Origin: Myxococcales bacterium
GTDB taxonomy: Bacteria; Myxococcota_A; Polyangia; Polyangiales; JAFGIB01
Reading direction: 5' to 3'
Assembly: GCA_028817905.1 (NCBI GenBank)
Contig: JAPPOR010000007.1
Span: 3,502 to 62,452 of the forward strand
Length of the DNA: 58,951 nucleotides
Part shown: piece after piece, positions 58,895 through 58,951 of the stretch
Position numbering within the stretch: position 1 is the first letter of the stretch
Layout of the letters: each line of letters starts with the position of its first letter
Translations under genes and position numbers: made by a program
Notes under the pieces: generated by a model
The model's database searches: none
What the model saw: only the letters and a program-made list of their open reading frames with translations
Told to the model about the DNA's origin: nothing

Positions 58895-58951
58895 CCCGCA
58901 TCCATTCGAGGCAACGCGATCAAACTTGACGCAAACGCCCACGAAACCCTG
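58895..58951. mobile_element. Family 2 element left part, truncated by the window end
   Basis: CTAG then CCCGCATCCAT; interior shared with 13029-13079. Confidence 0.55.

Overview
High-GC chromosomal segment, most likely from a myxobacterium (Myxococcota). This is inferred from gene content: a Tgl-like TPR lipoprotein next to an HTH gene and recO, an MCP-less HEAT-containing chemosensory cluster, many Cys-rich lipoproteins, and fused ccoNO. From left to right the window holds: a cbb3-type oxidase operon (ccoI partial, ccoS, ccoNO, ccoQ, ccoP, ccoG); accessory envelope and signalling genes (di-haem lipoprotein, SLT-like/M23 peptidase, PAS histidine kinase, CotH, GT-C-like membrane protein, MoxR plus TPR proteins); bolA; a yitJ-lipoprotein-speB-oppDF run; tgl-HTH-recO; a 9-gene che cluster; trpF, dciA and rnd; an NTT-HEAT transporter; a ~10 kb block (haem c/Cu monooxygenase lipoprotein, lectin/propeller/metalloprotease giant, FGE-fold lipoprotein, MshEN-like-PilT); and a cNMP-domain protein, response regulator, site-2 protease and Crp regulator. 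No rRNA, tRNA, CRISPR array, transposase, integrase or reverse transcriptase was recognised. The most unusual non-coding signal is a dispersed set of short (60-160 bp) inverted-repeat elements bounded by CTAG-like tetramers, several of them abutting TAG stop codons, together with CTAGCTAG doublets that resemble footprints. All calls come from reading motifs by eye; no database searches were run, and several start codons were re-chosen manually.
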